From Thalia democratica (Eukaryota), in NCBI GenBank assembly GCA_965202585.1, contig OZ241832.1, positions 52,886,001-52,950,000 of the forward strand: DNA of 64,000 nucleotides, given 5' to 3'. Below the pieces are notes generated by a model. It ran no database searches. It saw only the letters and a list, made by a program, of their open reading frames with translations, and was not told the origin of the DNA. The position numbers and the translations under genes are program-made. This document shows positions 38,168 to 64,000 of this stretch, piece after piece. Every line of letters starts with the position of its first letter. Position 1 is the first letter of the stretch.

Positions 38168-38813
38168 CGGGGGAATGGGTCTAAATTGCACAAAGACAAA
38201 ATTGCACGAGGTTACTAAATTGCACTAGGGGACTAAATTGCACGAGAACGAAATTGCACGAGTGCACGAAATTGCACAAAATTGCACGACGCCAAATTTT
38301 TACGAGGGAACAAAATTGCACGAAGACGATTTTGCACCAAGGGTTAATTTTGCACGAGTTACATTTTTGCATGAGAGTAAAAAATTACATAAAAAAAATA
38401 AAAAAACTGAAAAAAGTTAAATAATAATAATTTAATTTGAAAAAAGTCACTGACCGAGGGTAAGGGTTAGGGGTAACAGTTATAGCGAAAAATAAATAAA
38501 AATAAAATAAAAAAGTACAAAAAATATAAATAACTTACCGACCAAGGGTAAGGGTTAGGGGTAACAGTAATAGTAAAAAAAAATAATAATATTAATATAA
38601 AAAAAAGATCAACCCGTGCAAAACTGTCTCCGTGCAAAGTTGTCTGCTCGTGAAAAAAGTTTCTTCGTGCAAAAGTATCTTCTTGATTTTTATCCCTTCG
38701 TGCAAAAGTATCTTTGTGCAATTTCTCTACCTTATAATAAAAAAATTGTATATTCAAGCAATTTTGTCTCCTTGTGCAATTTTGTGCGCTCGTGAAAATT
38801 TGACAGCTACCCA
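38168..38813. mobile_element. MITE with tandem AAATTGCACGAG subterminal repeats and internal GGGTAAGGGTTAGGGGTAACAGT motifs
   Basis: Left end CGGGGAATGGGTCTAAATTGCAC, right end GTGAAAATTTGACAGCTACCCA. Many (A)AATTGCACG units on the left arm are inverted on the right arm. Same family as 61327-61783, with decayed pieces at ~33530-33720 and ~34470-34550. Confidence 0.8.
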
Positions 38814-41800
38814 GAAATAGATGATAAAAATTAAAATATTTAAAACAAACACTTTTTTTTTGTTTTAATTAAAAAACCTTATGTCGTATAAACAAGTTAA
38901 TGAATTTGTATTAGAAAATGTCCTTAGTTAGCTCAAAATAAAAGTTTTAATTTAATGGAATTTTTTTGAATTAATGAATCTAAAAAGAACACCCATCGTA
39001 AATAGAGAAATACTTTAAATTTCCAAAATAACCTAACCTTACTTTATTAGTTTTATAAAAACTACTAATTATATATATTTAAACTAAATAACCCGGCTAA
39101 TATACTATAAGTCAAGTTCATCAATTATATGGAACTAATTCAGAATGACATTGTTGTTTTATGTTGTTGCTATGGTTTTCTTGATTTAATCTTATTTGTT
39201 CGTTCTATCGTTGCCTTTTCAAATTCCATGCCTAAAACATTGTAAACTTTTATTTGTCATTATTGAAAACACTTTGATTAGTTTGTTTTTTGCATAAAAA
39301 AATTAAAGCAAGTTCAAATGTACCATTTTATGACTTTTATAGCCATTTAGACTTTAGTTTACTTTATTCTTTTTCTAAAGCTAAATTGTATTTCTGTCAT
39401 CAGCTGCGTAACTTTTAAATCGTTGTATTTATGTAAACTGTCACTTTTTCACACCTTTCAAAAGTATATATTACTACTTACAATTCATACTGATTACATT
39501 CGAAATACTTTTAACAATGTTTTGTATATATTTGGAACATAAATTTTTATATACATTTTTATTTATTTATATGCTAATGTTTCTAAACTTTGATTTACAA
39601 CATGGATTTATTTGAAAATGAAAACAATATTTCAACAATTCAACAGTTTTGAATAGTTATTGTAATTAAATTTATTACAACTTTTTTTTTGTAATCGACT
39701 TTAGAACAGCAGTTTATTGAACGAAAAAAAAAGCGCTCAAATATTTTGTCCTACGACCTGGTGTACAAAAAAACCTTTCGTCGATATCGTTAGATCTTAT
39801 ATTTTAGTACGAAATATGTCATACAAGTAGCAAATTCTAAGACAAGAGTTTCTAACTAAAATAACTGCTATTTCAATTATATTACAGTTTGTCTGTTTAT
39901 AAAAGTTAAAGTACACCTATAAATCTTGTTTTGGCCCAGACTCAAAGTTAATTATGTCACAATTTAAGTTTGATTACAATTAAGTCTTAACAACTTGTAC
40001 TACTTGTCTGTATTTAAACAAGCCTTAGCCCTACATCACCATTATAAGTAATTGTATGGATTTATTGACAATAAAGACAAAATTTCAACGACAGTATGTA
40101 TAAGTTTAAAGCTATAATAAAACTTATAAGCAATTTTAAAGTACCTAGTAAGGGTTAATTCTTTTTAATTTTCTATGCTTTATTGTATTTAGTTTAAAGT
40201 TTGAAATAGACATCATATTGTAATGTTAGTAAATTAGTAAACTGTCCATTTTATTAGTTCATTTCGTTTTTTATCTATGACTTAACAATTTTTTTTTGGT
40301 TTACAGTGTCTTGATTTTACTAATAAAATTTATGACGAAGTAAATAACATAACATAAGTTTTTGGTTAACGATAACATAGAAATAAAAAACGACGCTTAC
40401 CTTTAAAATAATTAAAAAAATAAAAATTTAATTTTTTTAAGTTAAAGTTCTACATACTTAAGAATGTTTTGAACAAAAATATACTAAACTATTCAAATTT
40501 AAATCAGAAACTAGTTATAAGTTAGTTCTGGAACTACATCTGGAAGGTCTTGACTTAAGGCTCACCACAATAGAACTGACTTCTTCTCAACATACTCATA
40601 CATACATACTATTTCTCCCATCATGATCAATACCTACATCAGTCCTTTTTCTCCTTCTATTTAATTTCTTTTTACATTAATCATTTGCTCAAGCTGAATG
40701 ATTTTACATTAATTAATTTTGACTAAATAAAACACGGCAAGTGAAACTGCTATTTCATGAAAATATCTGTAGATTATAACTAATCTTAATGATACTTTTC
40801 AAACTTTACAAAACTTTTATAAGATTTCTAAGAAAGATTAATTTGTCTGAAATATATTAAATTTATCTCGTGCTAAAATAGAAGAATGACAAGATACAGA
40901 TGTGCATCGTTTACTTTACCATATTTTTTGTTAAAAAAATGTGAAGAGTTTTGTGTTCACTTTTTTGTATGATTTTTTTTCCCACAATATAAGTTCCATC
41001 CTAATAGCATATATACTTAATATCAAGCTGGTTAATTATATAAGTCAAAATCTAATTTAAGCTTTCGTATTAATGCTTTTATTCTATTATAAATGGTCAT
41101 ATGATAGATGGTTATAGCTAAACTTGTTTTCAAATACTCTTTAAAGTACAATTATTCTATATGTTACTTCTAGCAGAGTTTCGTTTTAATAGGCTGTTAT
41201 ATTTATGTTCAATTAATTTTTTTAAATAGAATAGCTAAATTTTGTGGAACTGATTATCAAAGGTTTGCTTGTGATTTATTTTTTTCTTTTACGTACTACT
41301 ACTTTTCAATAGATCAATATCAGAAAAGTAAACAAAACATATAAAATTTATTTATTTAAAAAACTTAAAACAAACATTTCTATAAAGGTTGTTCAAGTAA
41401 TAGTTTAATGTAAGAAAATGTAGAATTTTTTGAAATTTAATCAATACTGATAATTTTTTATTTGTAATAAATTTGTATGGTTTTACTTTTTAAAACACTT
41501 GTACTTATAAAGATTTAACTTTTTTAAGTATTTGTTGTTTTAGTTTAAGCTTAATTTTATAAGCAGAAATAAAAAGGAACAAAAATGAGTAATGTTTTAT
41601 TTTGTTATAACCTAAAATACATAGTTTTATTTTTTGATACATTTTAATAACTAAATGTATATAATAAATATTTTTTTTTTTTCTTCTTTTCAACGAACTT
41701 TTCAATAAATAATTTTTCTTGTTTTTTATAACTTATAATTTAATGTCAGTATATCAAAAAACTATTTAAAATTTAATTGCTTTTTTACTATCAAGGGATT

Positions 41801-42457
41801 TCGTTACAGTAAACAGTGTTAAGGTGTAAAAACAGCTGATTACTTAAAATAAGTTCATTGAACTATCTTATGACTATGATGAAAAGCTAGAAAATAATTT
41901 AATTAGTGGACGATTCGATAACCAAGGTTTTATCTTACACCTCGTCCTAAGACTAAACTTAGTTTCGTTAAATAAACACTACATAATTTTATTGATTTAT
42001 TATGGAAGTAAAATAGATTCACTTTTTATACGAGAAAATCCAAAATTTTTTGTATTCAGCTTATACATACAAAGTTATCAAGTTTATTTGACTGTTTGGA
42101 GCTTTATGGTTTTTTAAATTTATAATTGTTTTTTTAAGAGGATTTATTTAAAAAACAATAAGATCAATAATAAATAGACAAATAATAATTCCCTTCTTCG
42201 AAAACTAGTCTGTATTATAAAAAATAATTGTTGTTTTTTGTTAAATGACAAACATTAAATTAAGATAAAATTAATGACAAACAACTTAAACATAGCATTT
42301 TATTTAAGAAACAAAATAATTGCAAACCTTATTAACCAAACAGACGGTTCAAAATAAACGAAATCTACTTATACAATATCATATATCTCAGCACAACAAA
42401 CTACTTGATTGCTTAGCAAAGCAGCAATTTCAAATATGTGGCAAAGAATTTTTTAAA

Positions 42458-43144
42458 TCATACATAAGTTGTTTTAGCAATTTTTTTTTTACAAAATATA
42501 ACGATCAGACGTATACACAAATAAATAACCGCAACAAGCAACAAAAACGACAACATAATAGCTACATTATTCACACCAACCAGCAGCTTCAACGTTTCTT
42601 TGTTATAATTGTGATTGACTTTAATCTTCTCAACGATGCCAGGATGCAGCAAATTTCTCATCATGTCGCTCCAAACCCCTTCTTTTGACAACAGAGAGTT
42701 GTGGATGTTCACAATTTCTCCCACCACCACGTGAGTGATCATCAGGTGCACGCTTTTCATTATGTATTCCGCTTTCACTGTGATGATACAAAATCCTGCG
42801 GTGAACAGGAAAGCTGCTGCTCCAGTGATAAACAGGACCACCAGGAAAAGTGTATCCACTATCTTTTCTGCTCGAAGCTTCTTGTAGAGACCATATACTG
42901 TCAATGAAGAAAGAATTAATCCAGCAGTTGACACGACGGCTGATAATATCAATCCTGATAACATTGCAGCTATGACGCTTCCAAACTGTAATTCTAATTT
43001 GATTACTGCAAGTATTAACAGAGCTAGTAGTGAAGTGCAGGACAGAATAACTGAAGCGTACAACAGGTTTAGAAACATTAGCAGGAGAATGTGTTCTGTT
43101 TTTCCCCAGTTTGTTGGAAGTAAATAAGTTATTACTGATAACAT
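42458..43144 (-). CDS. Intronless four-transmembrane protein with tetraspanin-like topology, 228 aa, family uncertain
   Basis: 687-nt ATG-to-stop ORF in very AT-rich DNA. Three closely spaced hydrophobic segments, a hydrophilic loop of about 60 aa, a fourth TM segment and a basic tail (CKKKIAKTTYV). The tetraspanin CCG motif is absent. Confidence 0.75.
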   Translation of the reverse strand: MLSVITYLLPTNWGKTEHILLLMFLNLLYASVILSCTSLLALLILAVIKLELQFGSVIAAMLSGLILSAVVSTAGLILSSLTVYGLYKKLRAEKIVDTLFLVVLFITGAAAFLFTAGFCIITVKAEYIMKSVHLMITHVVVGEIVNIHNSLLSKEGVWSDMMRNLLHPGIVEKIKVNHNYNKETLKLLVGVNNVAIMLSFLLLVAVIYLCIRLIVIFCKKKIAKTTYV

Positions 43145-46100
43145 TTTACCTAAAAACTTTGAAACGGTCTTTTAGAATGAAATTTCAAAGAATATTCTGT
43201 TTAAAAAGTTAAGCTGTTTTTAAAATATAACTTAAATGTATCAACTTACAACATTTAGATGTTATAAGAAAATAGTACTTGTTGTTCTTATATATATGTT
43301 AATAATAAGTATTTTAAAACATCAAATACTTATTATGTGTGTAATTTTATTAAAACTTTTAGAGAATAAACATCTAAAAACTAGTTAAAAAATAATATTT
43401 TTTCGGAAAATTTAAGCTTTATCTATGTTATTTAGCCTTCAAAAAATTAAATTCTATTTTTAAATAGTACTGATCTAAAAATAAACCTTGTATTATTGGA
43501 AATGGCTTAAAAGTTTTAAAATTGTTAGGATAATAACAATAAAACATGGAAATGATTGCTTATAACAACATTGTTAGGAGAAAAGTTTGAGCTTATAGTT
43601 GTCATAACTAAAGCTAAATAAAGTATATTATATGACGCTCAAGAACTTTATATAAAAATGTAAACTCATCGAGTGTATGTAATAAACTATTAATTTGTTT
43701 TTTAAAATCACATTACTATTTAATTCAATTAAACTAGATTTTAGAGACATCTGATTTTTAAATGCTACAGTCCTAACTTACTAAAATCTCTTTTACTAAT
43801 ACTAACTTTACTCTAATTATTAACTGAAAGCATATATTTGAATTTAGTTTTAAAAAAAACTATAGTAATGTTTTGGAGTATTAAGTGAACTTTTAAAACT
43901 AAAACAACCAAAAAATAAGAATATTTTTACTATAAGATAAACATGTTTATTAATAATACATCTGGAATTCGATTTTAGTTGAACGACAACTAGACTCGCC
44001 TACACTCAGGTCAAACCTCAAAACAGTTGCTTAGTATAAAGTATATTTAATAGACTATAATCTAAAAGATTACTAAATGCTGTTATAAAAATAAGAGTAA
44101 AAAAGATAAAAAGCTTGAGATTACTTTAATTCAAAATTAAAAACCTTTGATTTTTTTTCAAACAACTGAATAAGATTAAGAATAAACGTTTTCTTTAAAG
44201 ACATTGTTATGATTTGTTATTGTTTGATTAAACGTTTTACTTTGTTAATAACGTAATATAATGATACTGATTACTTAAGCTATAGTTTATTTTCAAGATT
44301 ACCAATATCATAACTAAACTATTTAGATATGGTTTAGTAAAAATTGTTTAATGAAAGTTATACTTTTATAAGAATTATAATTACCGCTTATTTAAAAATC
44401 ATTAAACAAAAAACCTTAAAAACTATCATAAAATATGGTTAAATAATTTGCTCTTAATTAAACACAAAATAACAAAATTTTACACTTGTTGATATGATAA
44501 ATGTAGTTACTATACTTTCGTTGTTTAAAGTTAAGAAGCAAGTAACTTGACTAAATTAAAACTTAGCCATGTTACACAGTTTTAAGCTAAAAATTTTTCA
44601 ATTTTACTAAATTAAAACTTGAATTTATATCATTCTGTTTACTAAAATCAAAACAGTAGTTAAAAACTTATAAGTGTTCTCTTTTTTTGATTTTTATCTT
44701 TCGTTTCTCATCTATATATTAAAAGTGATATGTGCTGTTAGGAGTGATAACAATATTTTGTTTTTTTTTTTCTTCAAAAATCCTAATAAGAGCTTTAGAT
44801 TAAGTGTACTACATTAGTTTAAGATTGAATACATGTTATTTTTATAATTTAACAAATAGTTTAAAAGTTATAAGCTTTATGGAAGCTTATTTCAATACAA
44901 TTTTGCCCTTTTTTTTCTGCTATATAATTATATTGTGTTATTACTTTTTATTAATGTGCCTAAACTTAATCTTCTATCAATTGGTCTGGCCCGTCTTTCG
45001 CTTATTTTATTGAAATTAAGAATTCTTTAATTTGAATAAAATTTTTCCCTTTTTATGTTTGTAAATATCATTTTTAATTCAACCTATTTATCTATTTCGT
45101 TCCGAAACCTGTGACTTTAAATATTGCACAAGTACAACTACTCATGTTTTGTTTGTTTTCATTATTATCTTGGCTTGTTTTTTTGTTATTATTTCATTCT
45201 TTTGGAGTAAGTTTTTTGATTATCTAAACAGTTAAGTTGGCTTTTTTAATTTGTTAAGTTCTAATGAAAATAAAAGGCAACAACACTGTCTCCGTGCTCA
45301 ATTTAATGATAATTTTGTTTGTAATATATTTTTTAAATTTTACACTAGTTACATGCGTTTAGAAAAGTGAAGTTATAGAGAACTAATTAGATGTTTTATT
45401 GCATTTTTTTCTTTAAACGTTTAGATAAATGAACAAAATATAGTTATTTTACATACACACCAGAGGCAGATCCAGACTTGTTTCCTAGTGCATGTGCTAT
45501 ACTTGAAATAGCTGAATAAGATAAAAAAATTAGTTAAAATTATTAATTGAGGACGTTTGTAATTCAAATACTTGTTGTTGTAGAACTGCTTGTGCTTTCA
45601 TACTAAAGCTTTAAATGTTGAATATAGCCAACCAAATACTGTAACAATATGTAAACTTAAATTAAGCACATTTCTTTTGTTTTATGAGTACCTTGAGATG
45701 ATCAGTCGTAACAAATTTTAAATTATAAGTCCTCAATAATTTCATAATTAGTTTATAATTTATGAGAGCTTTCGTGTGAAAGGAAATCCTTTAACTCGTT
45801 TGCATAAAGTTTGTAGTTGAAAATGCTATTATAAATAATTAAAGTTAAAATAAATGTGTAGATGTCTGTAAGATTTATCTTTAAAACATGATAAAAGAAA
45901 TTATTTATATTATGAAAAAATAATCATTAAAAGTTTTTTTAACCAGTTGTTTGCTGTTTTCAAATTTAACAAAAACTTATATATAGCAAAAGCCCTTCAC
46001 AACGCTTCATGCCAACTAAAATAACATATGTTGTAGACGAGTCTTTTATATTTGTTTATATGCACTACTTGCGCTAGATTTTTGCCTTTCTAGCCACCAA

Positions 46101-47104
46101 TTTAAAAAAATGCTTTTTCCAGTTGCGGGTTTATAAGAAATAAAATACCATTTTTGAAATATTCATAAACATTTAACCTTTTGCAACACTTTTTTAAGTT
46201 TTAAAGTTTTGCGATGCATTGAAATGAAACAATTTAATTTCAAAAGTAAAAAAGTTTTGCTCTTTGTATGAAAAGTACTCAAAATATGAATAGTTTGTAG
46301 AGCTTATTTGCGCAAAATGTAACAATCTTTTAATTGAAAATATAAATTTAAAGATGTTGAGTAAATTTATAAACGAACTATTTAAACTAAAAGTTATCTT
46401 ATTATTGTACTTTTGTATATTTTCAACATCTCTAATATACTTTATAAGTTAAAGCTAAAGAGGAGATTGGTTTTAGTATATTTTTTCTACCTCTATTTTC
46501 AATAATAAACTTTAGTTTATAAAAAGCGTCATAGTTCTTTAGAACGTTTAATCTAACATGTTAGTTAAATTAATTATGAAAAACAATTTTGATTCACCGA
46601 AAATATTGCTCATAAAAATACTCATTTGTGTTCAACTAAAACGATTAAAAAATCAAACTTCTATTTGAGTAATTTTTAATTCTTAGTAATCAATTACTAA
46701 CTTATATAAATTAAGCAAATAAAAATTAGCATCTTAAACAAATGCTTTAAAACGTATAAAAATACAGTATTCGAAAACATAACCAAGTTAAAAAATTATT
46801 TTAAAGCATACTTTTAAAAACCTTAGGCACTTCATTTTTAGCTCAACGTATGTTTAGCAAACGTATAACCAACTAAATTCAATAAAATCAACTCAGTACA
46901 AGAAAATATAAGTAATTTTAAACTTTAAAATCGACAAATTAAGTAGAGCAATCTTTTTAAAGTTTCTAGTACAAAGTTCTCGCTAAAAATAAATTAAACA
47001 CCAGCCTTGTTTTATAACTATGAGTACTAAACCACTTCGTTCAAAAATCAAATAGCTTTCTGAAACAAACTACAAAAGGAAACAAAATTGTTCACAGAAA
47101 AGCC

Positions 47105-62624
<15,520 letters not shown>

Positions 62625-63097
62625 CTGCAAAGATGTGTTTATTTCACATCATTTTTTAACATATATGGATGTATTTTATACATTTTATACTAGATATCAA
62701 GTAGATACAATTATAAAATTTCCTCCACAGTGGAATATTGGTTTTGCTGTTGGTTTATTGTTTTGTTTATTTTGTGTATATGTATATTCATTTATTTGTA
62801 AAACATTCTGTGAAATTTTTTTATGTCTGTTAGTCTACTGCGGCATTATGGTTGGTTTATGTTTTATATACTTCTTGTAAGTTTTATTTCTATATCTTGT
62901 TGTGCAATTTTCTTATTAAACTTTAAAAAGCTTGGGTTTAAGCTTTTACTGATGTAAAATAATAATATAAAATATTAAAAATAAACCAAACTTTTATTGC
63001 AATGACTAAAAAGTTATAATTAGTTTGTTTTCAAACGACAATGTAAATGCTATTTAAAACTACTTTAATGTTGAACAGCATTGTTTAGATTTTAAAA

Positions 63098-63410
63098 CAG
63101 CTATTCTTAACCTGGGGGGCAAACTTAACCTTGGGGATAAACTCCCCTGTTTTAGGAGATAAATTTTCTTTATTACAAGTTATGTAAACTAATGTTTATT
63201 AATTGTCTTTTTATTTATAAGTTAGTGTATAACTGTAATTTTTCAAAAGTTAAATAAACTCTTTAAATTTTACGAATTTTAACTATTAATAAGCTTAAAG
63301 TTCAAAAAAAAATTTTTCAAAATTAAACACTACTTTGTAAATTGGGGGTAAATTTAGTAACAACCATCCAAAAAAGAGTAAAACATGAAAAAAAGGTTAA
63401 GAACCGCTTG
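63098..63410. mobile_element. Charlie-like hAT MITE (about 313 bp)
   Basis: Imperfect TIR CAGCTATTCTTAACCT / AGGTTAAGAACCGCTTG. The flanks match only partly (TTTAAAA / TTTACAA). Confidence 0.6.
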
Positions 63411-64000
63411 TTTACAACTTATCCATCAAATTAAACAGATCTTAAAAAATCAATCGATTTATAAGTATTTTCACAAAACTACAACAATATAACATTAGAT
63501 ATTAATATTCTTTTTTTTGAACATAACTTAAAAAAAATATATAAGTAATTTATTTTTAATTCAGTTTTTTTTTTTTGTGAGATACAATTTATACTAAACC
63601 CTAAATTAGATTAGTCAATAGCAATTTTATATCTGATTTTTTTGAGATATGAAACAGTTAAGGTTGAAGTTTTTCGACTTAAATATTACGTAGTACTTAA
63701 TAAAGTACTTTTTGCAAAATTTCAAACAAAATAGTTTAATTATAATGACTGATTATTTTTCAGTTTTTCACTTCTTACTGTTGTTCATAAATTCCTTAAT
63801 CATATTGTCTAGTACTTTAATTTAAGCCAAAACATTTCAAACGCATTTTTAACTTGATTAAAGCTTGCTTCTTTGATTATTTTTGGTTAACTTGTAAAGT
63901 TAATACTGTTAAATTTATTATAATACTAAGTGTGAAACCATAAACCTGTTTAGAACTTCCCTTGCCAGAAAACAACTTGGATTAAATTTGGGGCGTCTAT

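Noticed and set aside
38190-38350. Repeated AAATTGCACGAG units as a CRISPR-like array
   Set aside because: The units are short and degenerate with no unique spacers, mirrored on the other arm of a TIR element, in a eukaryotic context with no cas genes.
38455-38570. GGGTTAGGG as interstitial telomere
   Set aside because: There are only isolated imperfect units embedded in a MITE, not a (TTAGGG)n array.
43200-47100. Alternative ZAK 3' exons encoding a SAM domain
   Set aside because: No exon-like GC-rich block or SAM motif was seen by eye. Small AT-rich exons cannot be fully excluded.

Overview
Very AT-rich, intron-containing animal genomic DNA. Frequent GTT(A/T)GT donors and T(T/A)ACAG acceptors look tunicate-like, but this is inference only. 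Five protein-coding genes could be reconstructed by hand with consistent exon phases. (1) A secreted trypsin-family serine protease, + strand, 11 coding exons, about 496 aa, whose N-terminal region resembles a divergent galectin fold. (2) A 13-exon secreted right-handed beta-helix protein of about 710 aa that looks like a bacterial GH141-type glycoside hydrolase. (3) A two-exon DC-STAMP-domain/C4C4-RING gene of the DCST1/DCST2/SPE-42/Sneaky family, - strand, about 731 aa. (4) An intronless four-TM orphan with tetraspanin-like topology, - strand, 228 aa. (5) A ZAK/MAP3K20 kinase, - strand, at least 12 coding exons and 1285 aa, 5' end not found, with a tail of about 930 aa of low complexity and no visible SAM domain. 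Intergenic DNA and introns hold a full-length but decayed hAT transposon (perfect 8-bp TSD) inserted in a Penelope-like fragment, older hAT relics, hAT- and Kolobok-type MITEs and several foldback elements. No rRNA, tRNA or CRISPR array was recognised. The most interesting items are the intron-rich GH141-like gene, the lectin-like/protease fusion beside it, and their clustering with a sperm-egg fusion gene.
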